From NCBI RefSeq assembly GCF_011386835.1, contig NC_088798.1, positions 7,874,001 through 7,938,000 of the forward strand: DNA of 64,000 nucleotides, in the 5' to 3' direction. The position numbers and the translations under genes were made by a program. A model generated the notes under the pieces. The model did no database searches and had not been told where the DNA came from. It worked only from the letters and a program-made list of their open reading frames with translations. Source of the stretch: Chrysemys picta bellii. Its lineage: Eukaryota. Below, in pieces: positions 50,914 to 64,000 of the stretch (positions within the stretch are counted from its first letter, which is position 1; each line of letters starts with the position of its first letter).

Positions 50914-51940
50914 CGTGTCTACCTGGCTGGGTGTGATGTCTGACTCTTATTTCAGTTGCATGCGCCACAGCTCACAATTGCCTGTTTCTCCAACATGAAG
51001 CCATTGCAGTCAGAAGTTGATAATCACACTCCCACGGAAGTCAACTGGAGTTTTGCAATTGACGCTAATGGAAGTTGGTTCAGGCCTAAATTCTCCAATA
51101 GTACTGAACAATGCAGACATTTTTTGCAAGAAGTGTTCCATTTTTGTCAAAAAGTTTCTGGTTTTTGTAAAATGAACACAATCTTTCACTTATTTTTGAC
51201 AAAGCCTGCAAAAATGGTACCAAACAAAATCTAGTTTTCTTTCATATTTTTCATGGAAAAGTAAAGCAAATTATTCAACCAGCTCTGGAAAGGATACAAG
51301 TATCACAGGAACAGAATCCTCTGCTGGTGCAAACTGACCTAGCCCCAGTGTGATCCACAGTCACGTGCCTAGTACACAATATTTCACATGTCGTCAAATG
51401 GTATTTCCTTGGTACCACTATATTGGACATGAGAAACTGCTTGAAATGCCCCTGCCATTCTAAATGTGCAGCAGAAGTCTGAGGCTGCAGGCTCTGTACT
51501 CCGTTGTGCCTTTGTGGGAAGAACAATAGAATCTATTGTCTGTGGACTGATAATTAGTAATGGAAACGTTTCAAAAATATGTCACTCCAAGGCTCCTTGT
51601 GAAAAGTTCCCTTTTCTGGTCCATGAATGACTTAAGAAAATCTCTGATCGGATAGTGGGATTCTTCAAATCCTAATGTTAAAGAAAATGACTGGCAAAAT
51701 AGAAGGGAATGTTTCTTAGTAAGAAAATGTGTGGATGGGGCTGGAACCACACTTGACTGGCGGCGGGGGTGGACTAGATGATCTAACAGATCATTCCCAG
51801 CTCTAGTGTTTCTGAGACTATGGTAATGAGAAACACACTTACCTGCCGTTCACAAACACACCCTATAGTTTTGTTGCTGTGACTGTGGCTCTGCTGGGAC
51901 CTGGTGCAAGGTGCTGTGCACCCTCAATTGCCATTGACTT

Positions 51941-52262
51941 AAGAACATGAGAACGGCCAGACTGGGTCAGACCAAAGGTCCATCTAGCCCAGTGTCCTGT
52001 CTTCCGACAGTGGCCAGTGCCAGGTGCCCCAGAGGGAGTGAACCTAACAGGTAATCATCAAGTGATCCATCCCCTATCGCCCATTCCCAGCTTCTGGCAA
52101 ACCGAAGCTAGGGACACCATCCCTGCCCATCCTGGCTAATAGCCATTGATGGACCTATCCTCCATGAATTTATCTAGTTCTTTTTTGAATCCTGTTATAG
52201 TCTTGGCCTTCACAACATCCTCTGGCAAGGAGTTCCACAAGTTGACTGTGCATTGTGTGAAA
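51941..52262 (-). mobile_element. CR1 LINE 3' fragment
   Basis: Closely similar to the 3' end of 48395-48920 (GGGTCAGACCAAAG, AATAGCCATT, GGAGTTCCACA). Confidence 0.9.
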
Positions 52263-53321
52263 GGGAGTTGAGGCTCTCAACACTTTGTGGAAGGTGGTTA
52301 GTAACTCAAAGCATTGGGTCCTATAGATGCAGTCCAAACCATAAGCAAGCATTTGATCAAACACAGGCAACATATTTTATTTAAGGATTAGTCAGAGAGC
52401 AAGTATTCACTCCTACTTTTGGTGACGTGAGATGTGAAGCATCTATAGTTATTGCACTTGACTTTCCTAATAAATATATTCTGTGGGAAAAAAATCCAGC
52501 TATTCAAGCTTTGTGTAAGTGATGCTGGATCATCCTTCCTCTCTATCCACTACAAATGCTTATAGACAATAAAAAGGTTCAGGAAAAGTGGAACATAGAG
52601 ATGGTGGAGGGTACAATAAGGAGAGACCACACGGGTCACCTTCACAACACACCATATAATCGGAGAATCCCCTTGGTTAGTTCTGGCCTCAGTGTACTTT
52701 GGATCGGGCCCCTACTCTCCTACAAAGCAGCAGGATTATCCTTTTGTTGACATTTTACTCTCGGGCCTGATAAAAGCCATGTTTTACACCTACCGCACCC
52801 TGGCAAATAAATAAATAAATACATACATCAGAAAAAGAACAACATTTTCTTCCCTGTTTGAACGTCATTCCCATCAGTGAATTGAGTGCTTTAATTTATG
52901 ACCCAAATTTTAGGCTGCATGCATGGCAAACATTATTTGGAGAGCTCCATTTGGATACATGTTTACTCTTGTTGTATGGCTTCATGATTTTTACTCATTT
53001 CCATAGCTCTTCTAAAAACATCACCTTGTTCCTCAAACACCATTCAAGAAAAAGGCTACTCCCTATTTAATATCTGAAAAAGGAACAGAATGACAGAGAG
53101 ACTTGTATTTCGTTCTAACGCCAAATTATAAATTCAACGACGCAGGATACTGTGTAACTAGCAACCTTGCCAGCTTTACTTCGGATGGACTCAGGGACCC
53201 AATAAGTCATGAGCATCACGGCAATTAAAATTACAAATGTCTCTCCCGTCTCATGTAGTTTGGGACTGCGAATCAAGTTCATCAAAGTGCACATCTGGGA
53301 CTCCTTACCTCATGGTTTAAG

Positions 53322-53672
53322 TCGGGGTCCTCAACCTTTTCCATACTCTGATCCCATGTTACAACAGAAAAAAAATGTTGGGCTACCCTTCCCGTAGTTT
53401 CAGGAGCCTCCCCCCCATTTAGTCATAAAAAGAGGAAGGTGGTTCCTGTGGATAGCTGCACACAGGAAGCCATTTGCAGCAGACAACAACTTTATTGAAC
53501 CTAAGCACTTATGAACAATAGGATGCTGTTATTTTTGTACACCACCAGATGGTGATCTTAATATACACTAACTACACATACATATATACAGCCACTGCTT
53601 TCGAAATATAATTCTCGTAACGGTTGTGACCCTCCCTCAGATCTGTTTGTGACCCTCAGATTGAGAGCCTAT
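53322..53672. mobile_element. Degenerate hAT MITE
   Basis: GGGGTCCTCAACC / GATTGAGAGCC ends; (AT)GGTTTAAG on both flanks. Confidence 0.7.
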
Positions 53673-53835
53673 GGTTTAAGAAGATCCTTTGGAAAGCTAG
53701 AGTAAATTCCAAAACCAAAAAGGCTAATAAGTAACAACAACCCAGTCACCTAGTAATACTTACCTCTTCTCAGGCTTCATCCTGCAAGGTGCTGAACATT
53801 GGGGACTGAAATACGAAACAATTGAACTGTTAGAG

Positions 53836-53970
53836 CAGGGATTCTCAACCTTTTTCATACAAGGATGATGCTGGAGCATCCCTCTCATTGAGCTGGGACT
53901 TTCTTCCCATTTCCCAATATGAGAAGGGCAGGATGACCTGTGTTCATGACACCCCTGGTTGAGAATCAGG
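53836..53970. mobile_element. Degenerate MER5-like hAT MITE
   Basis: CAGGGATTCTCAACC / GGTTGAGAATCAGG ends; TTAGA on both flanks. Confidence 0.6.
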
Positions 53971-56187
53971 CTTTAGAAAGTTGTGTTCTCCTGAGCTACC
54001 TAGCCCAGTTTTGCAGACCTACTACAAGAAAAGCAAATCATCTGAGTAAGCTTGTGATGAACATCCAAACATTTAGATGCTTATCCCACCTGAACCTCTA
54101 ACCCTTCTAAGGTTTACTCCTCATTTCCAACAATGGACCAGATTCACAGGTTCTCTGAACTGTTTTGTGCCACTGCATTGATGTTTAACTGACTTATGGC
54201 TGCTCCGTGTTGCTGGAGTACCGTCAATCAGCTAGAACATATTGGTAAATTTGGCCCACTAGCTCACATATTTGCTATTATATATTACTGAAATGGATGT
54301 GCTCAGATGTGAAAATATTGTCCATGTCATTTATTTGGTAAAGAATCTATAGGAAAATTATGGGGAGTTATAGGCAATTTACGGGAAAATTGCAGTGAGT
54401 AGTTATAATGAAACTCGGGGGGGGGGGGGGGGGGGGGAAGCTTTCCACAATAACAAGAAAATACCACCTCTGAGCTTTAAAATCTTTCTGGATCAAAACT
54501 TGTTTCAACTAAGCAAACCTGAAAGAGTGAATGAAAATCACTGGTAAGAAAGTTATTAACTGGGTGTATTTATTGACCAGTGGTTTGTCAGTTAGAATGT
54601 AAAACATTATCAAGGGAAAACCTGAGCATTTGCTTGTTTTTCTCTAAATAACCTTAAAACCCATGTCCAGAGCTGATAAAACTTTGCCAAAAGAGGAAAA
54701 AACATATTTGTTGCATTTGTACTTTTTGTCATTCATCCCTATCAATAACTTCTAGTGCTTGGAACTTATGCGCAGTATTTAATAAGAGTCAGTGTGACTG
54801 TGGAAGGTATCTTGGTAAGATGATGTGTGTCAAAAAGTGATCACGTTACAGTATGATGGATTAATATGAAGAAACAGCTTGAAGGCAAGGTATTCATCCT
54901 TTCTTCATGACAACACTAATACATTTGTTTCAGTCCTGAAATTAATTTTCTAATAGTAAGAAAGGTCAGAATGAACATGGGGAATATGAGCCTTTTTGTC
55001 ATCTTTAACAAATTAGCCAAAACAGGCCTGTCAGATCAAAAGGGATAACACTTTGAGTAATAAATATTAGTACTGATTAACTGGTCAAAGTTAATTCTTT
55101 TCAGGAACTGATATATCCAGAAGATACGGTTCCACTGATTTTATTTTTACTTCATTTTATTTCTCCCTATCCTATTTGCTGTTCGGCTTTTTCAGAATTG
55201 GACCCACTAAGCGTTTTCTCCATCTATTAGATGGAATGTGACTGAACATACTGTATCTCTAAGACAATGTTCAGATGAAAAATCTATTTTGACTGTTAGA
55301 CAACGTCTCCAGAAAAAAAGAGAAAAAAACCCGACAGTAGTTTATATTACACAGTTAGGTTTAGGCCCCAATTCAGGAAAGGATGATGAGGGATGCTTTC
55401 CTGAATTGGAGCTCTGGAACACAAGCAATGGCCATGTCATTAAATGGAGGAATGGAAATGATTTGCAATGCACACCATAAATTACATGGACGTCCATTCT
55501 TCTGTAGATTGGTGGAATCACGTCTGGGTTTCCTCCAAAAGGCTGAGGAGCTACTCTGCAGGAGGGTACAATAGCATTGTTGTGAATTAACATCCAGTTT
55601 CAAAATTTGTCCTTTAAACCACGATAGAACAAAATCATTATCATCGCTGGATTAAAATAGGTTTGACTGGAAATAATAGTTTGTAAGTGACTCTGCGTCT
55701 CTGAGCTGACCTGCACTTCTGGGCACTCTTGGCATTTTCTACCTCTGGGTGTCTGAAGCCTGACAATTTGGGTTATAGGAACCAAAAAAGTGAATCCAGC
55801 CAAGGGATTATAATCCATTGTGACCTTTGTCATTCATCACAGGGTATAGCGGATGTTACATGGTCCTCTCTTTTGTAGTCCCTCAAAGTCTTTCTAAAAG
55901 AAAAACAAAATTATCCCCCTCCTTATCTGGAAAAGATTAAGTGCCGTGCAAAAGCGGGAACCATACAACTTAGAACATGGATTTTTTTCTTCTTACTTCC
56001 ACGAAGACTTAAAACGCCTATGTGAGCGAGTCCCAAACTTGTTGAGGAAAGGCTGGAAAGTCTTATGAGCAAAGCAGCTTCATAAAGCTATCACAGTATT
56101 ATATGACTTTAAATACAGCTTTCAGGGGCAGCAGACAGCTAAGAGGACTGGAAACCTACAAGTGAAAAATCTCTGTAGTCTATCATA

Positions 56188-56430
56188 GGTTCAAAGCCAG
56201 CCCAGATCTGTAGTGACTGGAAGTTGTCATAATATATAGCTGGGTCTCTGTATGAAATGAGTTGTGGTTTTAATATGAAGGACAAGTATCTACATCACTA
56301 AAACACCATCCTCTTCTCCCGTGCGTTGGAAGTCTCATCTGAAAAGGCCAAAGGAATTATGAAATCCCCTTTTAATGTTATAGATGAACCCTTTGGGTCA
56401 AAAGAGGCATATTGGCAGGGCAGGGAATCT
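56188..56430 (+). mobile_element. LF-SINE fragment
   Basis: GGTTCAAAGCCAGCCCAGATCTGTAGTGAC, TGAAATGAGTTG, TCTACATCAC, GAGGCATATTGGCAGGGCAG blocks in LF-SINE order. Confidence 0.7.
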
Positions 56431-59323
56431 TTGAAGTGCCTTGCCTACTCAGTACATCAAAAGATGATTTCAACCCTCTTTCACCAGCACCAAGTTCTTT
56501 GTAAAATATAAGCAATTGCAATAAAACTTTATAGTTTGCAAAAGTATAATCCATTTAAATAGCCGCTTTCAACCCCAAAAAGATTGCTAAGTATTTGAAC
56601 TTCTCAGCAACCTTTAAAAGGAGCTCACGTGACAGTGGCTGATGCTTAATGCTATGGGAAAAGTTAAGAAAACTCCCATAATGCTCTCAGACAGCTGTGT
56701 AATGCAGCAGGCACGGTGGTGGTGAGGACTGACCTCTGAAACTTGCTGCTGTCACTTGGTGCCATGAAAACGGATTATCCTGGTCTCAGTCTGCACAATT
56801 ACAAGCATTTTTACTAGCTAAATACATTTGTCAGCTAAATGCTGCTTTTCAGTACATTCTGACTTAGCTATTGCCAGGTGCAGTGCTGTCACTTTAAATA
56901 TGAGGCCTTAACATGGTGGCTTACCCTTTCTGTGGCTCAATTTCCCCCGCTGAAACCCGGGGATAACCACACTTACCCATCTCACAGTGGCCTGAGAGGA
57001 TTAATTCATTAGGATCTCTAAAGCTGTTGAGATCCTTGGATGTAATATGTTATAGCAAGGCACAACGCTGGGTTTTATTAGGTCATCTTTATTATACTCG
57101 AAGGCCAGTACCACTAGTATATTCTCAAGTGATTCTTTATGGCCGTGGTTCTAAACCTGTGGAGTGAGTCTAGATCCCCGGGAAAGGGCTCCTGGTATGG
57201 AAAAGGTTGAAAACCACTGGCTAGTCTAGTTTTAAATAATTTAAGAGACGAGGATTCTATTTTTTGCTTGGCAGAATATTCCAGTCTAATAGATCTCACT
57301 GCTAGGGAAGTTTTCCAATTCAATTCTTCCCATTAACTCCTAATTATAAACCCTTGGCCGACCCTAAATAATCCCTCTCTCTTTGGTGCTTATGCAAGTC
57401 AAAAAGCTAGGAGCGAGCACAAAGTTAGGTGACAGGGAGGGGGAGAAATATGTTGGATTCTGATAATCGCTCTTCTTAGACTAAAGGGTTTCCAATTTAT
57501 TACAGTTGGAAGGATTTCTGCAGTACAGAGCAGGCGATATCAGTCCATACGCATTAACACCACGAGATTGGTCTCTCTATTATGATATCGGCATTCTTCC
57601 AAAACAGACAGCAGCGTGACTAATCTCAAAGCTCCAAAAAGAAAACATCTCTTCTCTGTTTGGCCTCGGAAATCTTCTAAATATTTAAAAATTCTTTTCC
57701 CCCTCTTAACTAAACATGAGGGTGGGGGGGATTTAAAGTAAAAGAGCTCATTTAAGAATACAACAAAAAGAGAAAACCTCTGGTGGTAAATTCCTTAGAA
57801 CTTAGTGAATTTATTCCAAACCCACAGTACAAGAGTGAGTAAAATAAAGGTTAGACCCCGTGCTGGGAATTCCCTTGACCTTTCATTGGTATTACATAGA
57901 ACGTGCCATTTATCACACAAGACAGAGAGCAATCCTTAACTCCTTCTCTCTTCCCAACAGCACCAGGCTCAACAATCATTCAGATTTAAAATGCAACTGA
58001 TGTTTACTTGGCTTTCTTCCTTATAGATTTGCCTCTGGTTGTTTCAGGCTCATCACTTAACTGCCCAGTGAATATCAGACATACTGACGGATGTAGTACG
58101 CCAGGAGTGAGGAATGAGCATTATGGATGCGAAGATGTGAATGAACAGATGGAAGCTACGAACACTCAAGGTCTCTTCAGATATGGCCTGTTTTCCTACC
58201 GACACCTAGTTCGTTTGAATGAAATTCATAAACAGTTCCCAAGTGAATCTAGAAGGAGATCAAGTGGGGTACTCTATTATTAAGAAGGGGGATTCTTTTG
58301 TTGCCCTTTAGACACCCCATATTATTACCCCTATACTGTCTTCTGCGGAAATTAAATAATTTATAATAAAAAGCTTTTCGGCTGCAAAGAAACCCTTCCA
58401 AGCGTGAACCCAGTGCAGTGTTTTTGAGGCTAAAGATGGAGGGAAAAATTCTAGGCCTTACGCTATATCACCACTCACCATCCAAAATGTCATAACTCTG
58501 AAACCTAACAATGCCAATAATTAATGCTTCCCTTTCAGTATTAAAGAAGCTCATTGCGGTAAAAGGTGGTGCTTTCCTTGCTCTCCATGATGCTCAGTGC
58601 CCGGGTCGGCCCTCAAATTGAATCCTTTGTTCCTGGCCTATGGGAGAAGTAGGTGGGGAGAAGCAAGTCGCAGGGTACAGTCAGGTAGGAAAATTGCTCT
58701 GGAGTTTAGCCCTCCCCAACTTGCTCTTAGCCATCCCCCATACTGCCTTTGTGCTAGCTTCTCCCACACTCACTGCGGTCCAGGAATGGAGCCATGAGAC
58801 ATGCACTTGGAGTGGCTGGGAGAGGAAGACCCAGCACTCCCTGTTAAATTCCATTCCCACTAGGTCTGGCTGTGAGGAGAAGAGCATCTGTTCCTACTAC
58901 CCACCCCCTGACTGCCCACCCTTGCATAAAAAAAAAAAAAAAGCCTGGGCAACAGAGAGAAGATGAACTACTGGGGACTGATTACTCTTGCCCCTGGGGG
59001 TGGGGCCAGGGAAAAGGATCTCCTGCTGTAAACCTCCCCCACCCAGGCTTACTGCCTAGGATAGCTGCAGGGTATTTCTCTTTGGGGCATGCCCTGATAG
59101 AATAGGGTGGGGGTGGGGATGAAGAGCAGGAAGAGGGAACTGTGAATTTCTGGTGTGTGGGGAACTTGGCCTACCTTCCTGGCACCCAAAACACTCAAGT
59201 CAGCTCTGCCCAGCCTGCAAGGATCTCAAAGCCAATCTACAGATACATAAATAGTGAATGCCACAACTGCCTGTGACCCCATAACAACGTACCATAACCT
59301 CATGAAGCTCAGCATCTTCTCTG

Positions 59324-59984
59324 CAGGGCCAGCTCCAGGCACCAGACCAGAAAGCCCGTGCCTGGGGCGGCACATTGTAAGGGGCAGCATTCCGGCCAAA
59401 CTTGGGGCGGCACATTCCGGCCGCTCTGCTGTGGTTCATTTTTTATTTATTTTTTTGCTTTGGCAGCACTCCCCGGACCCCTGGCCGGCTCCCTGCTCCA
59501 CTCCCAGCCCAGCCCTGCAGGGGCACGGACCCCGGCCTGGGGGCAGGAACTAGCGATTCCCGCCGCTCACCGTGCCGCCGGGCTCCCCAGGACGTGCCGC
59601 TCCCATGCCGCCTGCACTGACCTCCACTCCCACGCCACTCTGAGCCCGACCCGGTCGAGCCGCCTTTAAAGGAGCGGCTGAGCCAGCACCTCCTGCAGCC
59701 CCCAGGGGCTTTGCCTGCCCGGCCGGGAGAGGCACCCAAAGGCCGGAGGGGGGAGCCCCTCTCGCCCGGCTGCGAGTAGGCTGCAGCGCCTGGCTGCCCA
59801 GGGGCGGAGGGAGCGGGCAGGCGCTGTCCTTCACCCCCCTGCGAGCCACCTTGGCCTCCCTCCACGCGCTCCCTGCAGCTGCTGTTTTTTTTGTTTGGTT
59901 GGTTTTTTTTGCTTCAGCAGTCTGGCTACCCCCCCCCCCCGTTTTTTTTTGCTTGGGGCGGCAAAAAAGCTAGAGCTGGCCCTG
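59324..59984. mobile_element. hAT MITE (CAGGGCCGGCTC family)
   Basis: CAGGGCCAGCTC / GAGCTGGCCCTG perfect 12-bp TIR; perfect TSD CTTCTCTG (59316-59323, 59985-59992). Confidence 0.92.
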
Positions 59985-60329
59985 CTTCTCTGTATATAGC
60001 ATGCACATCATCAATGGTAAGGAACTAATTTTCGGGCTGCTTTTTTTCTCTTTTTTAGCAACAAACACACAAACCTTTATCTAAAAGAGCACTCAAACGG
60101 GGCAGTTGCCAGGCCATTTACAATAAGGGGGGAAGGGGGCAATTCTATTTACTAAAGGCTAAACAGCTTAATATATGATATAAGCGGCTGTGTCATGAAT
60201 TAGTGATTAAAGTAGAGTCACTTTCATCACAATTCAGCTATCTTAACCATGGAAAGTAATGGACTAATTAGGCATCTGCTCATTCAATTTCCGTGGCGGA
60301 GGCCAGTTCCTGACACGCGGAGCCAGCTG

Positions 60330-60570
60330 GAAGTGCATGTGAGTAGTTTTGGGGAGGAGAATGGCACGGAACAGCTAGGATGGAGGGGACTGGGAGCAGA
60401 TGACGTCAAGCAGGTAAAGAGAGGCAGCAATGAAGTTGAGGTACATTACATAGAGGAGACTATAGAGTCAGGAAGAGAGATTCAGGAAGAGACAGAAGAG
60501 GGTGCAAGGTCTGTTGGAGGGAACAAATAGAAGCTGTCTGGAGGGCTGGTGGTTTGGGAACAGGGGAGAG
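60330..60570 (-). mobile_element. Possible L2 fragment
   Basis: Purine-rich GGAGGAGA/GAGGAGAC pattern typical of antisense L2. Confidence 0.4.
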
Positions 60571-61282
60571 AGGCTGAGGATATTTAGGACCAGATTTTCC
60601 AAAGGTCAGGTGTACATCAACACTGTGCTTAAGAAAACAAAGTGAGCATCTGTTACCACCTAACCAGATCATCGACAAGGTCTGAACTCAGGACCTTCAT
60701 CACCACAGTACAGACCTCCCTCGCATGCACTAAAACACTGCTTTGATTAGTTGGGAGCAGTGGTAAGTTGTCATCTTCTTCATGGACCAGCCAATTGAGG
60801 GGAGTAATGAGAGTAGGTTGGTGTGGTAACTTCATGCACAGATGCATGCATAGTATTGTGCCGGACCATTTTTCAAAATCCGGCTCATCCTTTTTTATTC
60901 TCCTTTGGTTCCTTAGGTGCAATTTAACACAGAAATCAGCACTACATCTTGTTTCCATGCAGTAGCAATGAGCTTCTGCACTTGGCTGCATTTAGTTTCA
61001 TCAGCCTGGGCAGTTACACTTGGTGAATGAGCTTGAATGATAGCCAGATTTACAAGGAGTCTTTTAAGGTTGATTGAAATAACCCTAGTACTGAGAGGAT
61101 TATGTCCCAGTAGGGAGGCTGCAGATGCATCTTTATTCAGAATAAATGCCATTTCTTCCTAAGCACTCTTATCTATCCCTTGCACAGAACTCTAAGTTTC
61201 TTTCAAGAGTGGTGAAGTGGTTGCTGCCAGTCAATTGGACACCTGAAAGGCCCCTTGGCACAATGCAGCACCTACAGCAGAC

Positions 61283-63447
61283 AAGAAGGTTACTCACATT
61301 GTGCAGTCACTGAGATTCTTCGAGATGGTTGTCCCTGTGAGTGCACCACTTTAGGTGTCTTGATGCCCTGCGCGTGTAATCGGAGATTTCTGGGAGCTGT
61401 GCCTGGTTGGGCCGCACACATGCCGTAGCTGTCTCGTGCCACTCCTAGCGGTTACTTAGCGATGCGCAGCCAGCCATCTCCCTGTTCCTTCTCTGCCTCA
61501 GAGAATCGGCCTGAAACTCCAAAGTAGAAAGGAGGAGAAAGAATAGTGGAGCACCTGCAGGGACAACCATCTCAAAGAACATCCTTTTGCTGGCCCATAA
61601 TATTTTTTGTCAGACTTCTTACACAAGGGAGGTGCATGAGCTGGAGTCTGCCAGATGATTTTCCCAGGCTCCCTGATAGCATCATTAATTGGCAGGGCTA
61701 TCTTTGCTGCTGGGGAGGCCTAGAGTATGTCCATGAGCTTATGTTGGGCTTCTGGTAGCTGTGCCAGTGAAATGTCTAGGGATTCCGCCACCCTTTTGAA
61801 GAGGCCCTGAGAGCATTTGAAATCATCCCCCGTAATAGTGGGTGGTGGCATTATGGTTTTGGCTGGCAACAAAGATGAGAGGTGAGTAGGCAGCATCATG
61901 TTCGGCTGTGTCCTCAGGTTTGTCAGGGTCTTCCTCTTGTGTTTCTGAGGGTGCCGGGAGAGTTGGTGAAGGGGACTGGAGTGTTCTGGATGTAGGCAGG
62001 CTAAGGGGCCTGCAGTTTTGGGCCCTATACATTGCCCATGAATCCCAGTATGACCAGTTAGGTGGGAATGGTCTGTGGGGCAGTGCCCGGGGTGACCATA
62101 CCATCCTCATATCAGCAGGAGGTTGGTGATGAGATGGTCCTGGCTTGGGTGAGGAGTATACATTACTGCATCATCCTCTTCTTCCTCATCACTGGAGACA
62201 GGGGGGCTGATCTTCAGGGAATAGTCAGATGGCTTGATGCCGATCTGGATGAGGTGCCCTTGGTGCCCAGTAAAGGAGATTCAGGCATTGAGGCCACTAT
62301 CAGGTCCACGTGCCTCATGAACTACTGTGGTACTGTGAGGCTCGGTGCTGGAGACGGCATGGTGGATGGCCCAGGAGCATGAGTTGAAGCTGCCGATGCC
62401 GAGGATTTAGAGCTGTGCAGCATCGGTACAGTAGGTGGCACCATTGTACCACTCGGTGCTGAGATCTTCTACAGCTCCATGGGTGCTGAGTTGGAAGGTT
62501 TCACTTTAGTGTGTGAACCTCCATTACAGCTTGCCTGTGTAGGGTCTTTAGCCCTTCCGGAAGTCTTGGTGCCAGATGTTCCTGGTGCCTCGCAGTCTGG
62601 CGCGCTTGGTGCCATCTGTCCCGGGGCAGATTTTTCAGTTGGAGATCACGTTCTTTTAGGGGATTCTCGGTGCAAGGATGTCTGTGGCCGCTTTTTTGTA
62701 GGCTTTCTAGGAGTAGGCTTCTTGGCAGCTGTTGTTGGAGCAGAGCCCTTGTCAGAGGCTGCCGCTGGTGATTGTTGGCCGGGGGTAACCTGGACTCGGG
62801 GTTGGAGGCTGGTCTGAGGGATTTCTTCATCATGAGGAGCTTCAGTTGGAGATCCCTGGCTTTTCTAGTCCTGGCTACCAACTTTCTGCAGAGTAGGCAC
62901 TTTTGAGTAATGTGTGTCTCACCGAGGCAGTGGACACACTGAACGTGGCCATCAGAGACTGGTATGGAGAGTCTGCAAGTCAGGCAGTGTTTAAAACCAG
63001 GTGAGCTGGGCATGCCTGTGAGAGTCGGTCTCCTAGAGAAAAACAGGGTAAACCCTGTCTGAGGCTAGGGCCGGATGCCTGCTGGAGAGACAGGGGTGGA
63101 TAGGGAAGGTAGAAGGAAAACACATTTTTTGGATGAAATTAAAGAAATTAGAGTAGGGCAAGGGGATAGGGAAACTAATTACAACTAAAGTAACACTACT
63201 ACTATGAATTATCTACTATAAATTTGTTCTGAAGAAAGGGTGCTGCTGATTGCGCCAACTCAAGCCAAAGAAGTAACTGAGAGACAATTGGCTGCGCACC
63301 ACTATGTAACCGCTCAGAGTGGCGCGAGATGGCCACGGCATGTGCGTGGCCCAACCAGACACTGCTATCACTAATCTCGGATTACAAGCGCAAGGCATCA
63401 AGATATCTAAAGTGGAACAACCACAAGGGACACTCCTCAAGGAAGAA
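61283..63447 (-). mobile_element. Internally deleted DIRS1-like tyrosine-recombinase retrotransposon
   Basis: Diverged inverted terminal repeats (about 61316-61500 vs 63265-63447), right extension 61283-61315 (GTGAGTAACC on minus), partial ICR 61546-61580, degenerate ORF1 between; RT/RNaseH/YR not seen. Confidence 0.88.
61585..63013 (-). pseudogene. DIRS ORF1 (gag-like) remnant with stops/frameshifts
   Basis: N-terminus MPSSPGFKHCLTCRLSIPVSDGHVQCVHCLGETHITQKCLLC (Cys-rich finger typical of vertebrate DIRS ORF1); downstream pieces read PPNWSYWDSW and DDFKCSQGLFKRVAESLDI...KIALPINDAI...IWQTP...KKYYGPAKG, ending at the deletion junction near 61585. Confidence 0.8.
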
Positions 63448-64000
63448 TGTGTAGCTCGTTATCCTTTGTGATGCACCATTTGGATATCAAAGATGGTGAG
63501 AAGTGGTTTTCAGTCTCACGACTCCTTGATTTGTTTTGGCATTGTCAAGAGAGCAACTCCTTGCTCCTCTACAGCCAGTTAGACTTCCATTCAGCTTCAA
63601 TGCTCCCCTTTCTGCAGCACTCCACTTTGGCAAACTGGAATTTGTGGCAACTTGCAGGAAATTAAGAATGGGAGGCTCAACTGAATTAAATAAGAACATG
63701 AACAGTATAGTCGGTTCAGTAACCCAGGATTATTTATTTTGATATTAAATTCCTTCCATTGATCCATTTCATTGCATTTGCTGTTCCAAGGCTCCAATAT
63801 GAGCATCACTTTGTAAACTAATGCCACACCTGCCCTGCATTTCCCCCTGCACATTAAAGCTGTTCTGATTCACACTAGTAGGTTACTCAAACTGACTGTA
63901 AAACGCCTACAACTACAACAGTCCAAGGACATTCATTCATTCTGTATATGCCTTTCTGTCTGCATTGGTCTGACTGACAATCCATTATTTTGTACTACCA

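Noticed and set aside
58008-58283. 91-aa ORF after a pyrimidine-rich acceptor
   Set aside because: No recognisable protein and no clear donor site.

Overview
Vertebrate, almost certainly turtle, non-coding DNA (large intron or gene desert) dominated by transposable elements. The taxon is inferred from tortoise PolIII/SINEs (tRNA-Lys-like head, CR1 3' tail) plus CR1, L2, MIR-like, LF-SINE, hAT/Tc1/Harbinger MITEs, LTRs, DIRS and Penelope-type pieces. I could not recognise any host protein-coding exon; almost all ORFs in the track are chance ORFs or TE remnants. Highlights: (1) a complete 2.35-kb hAT (Charlie/OC1/GTF2IRD2-like) transposon at 19906-22252 with a perfect 8-bp TSD, an uninterrupted 581-aa transposase ORF with intact DDE motifs, an out-of-frame natural start and a vertebrate-type promoter cassette; (2) three short Penelope-derived inserts with 11-13-bp TSDs carrying minimal hammerhead-ribozyme motifs, one with a complete core (36616-36655, minus) and two as fold-back hairpins; (3) an internally deleted DIRS1-like element at 61283-63447; (4) a G-rich module shared by two MITEs with different TIRs; (5) several repeat-poor candidate enhancer segments. 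Family names come from recalled consensus sequences, not database searches.
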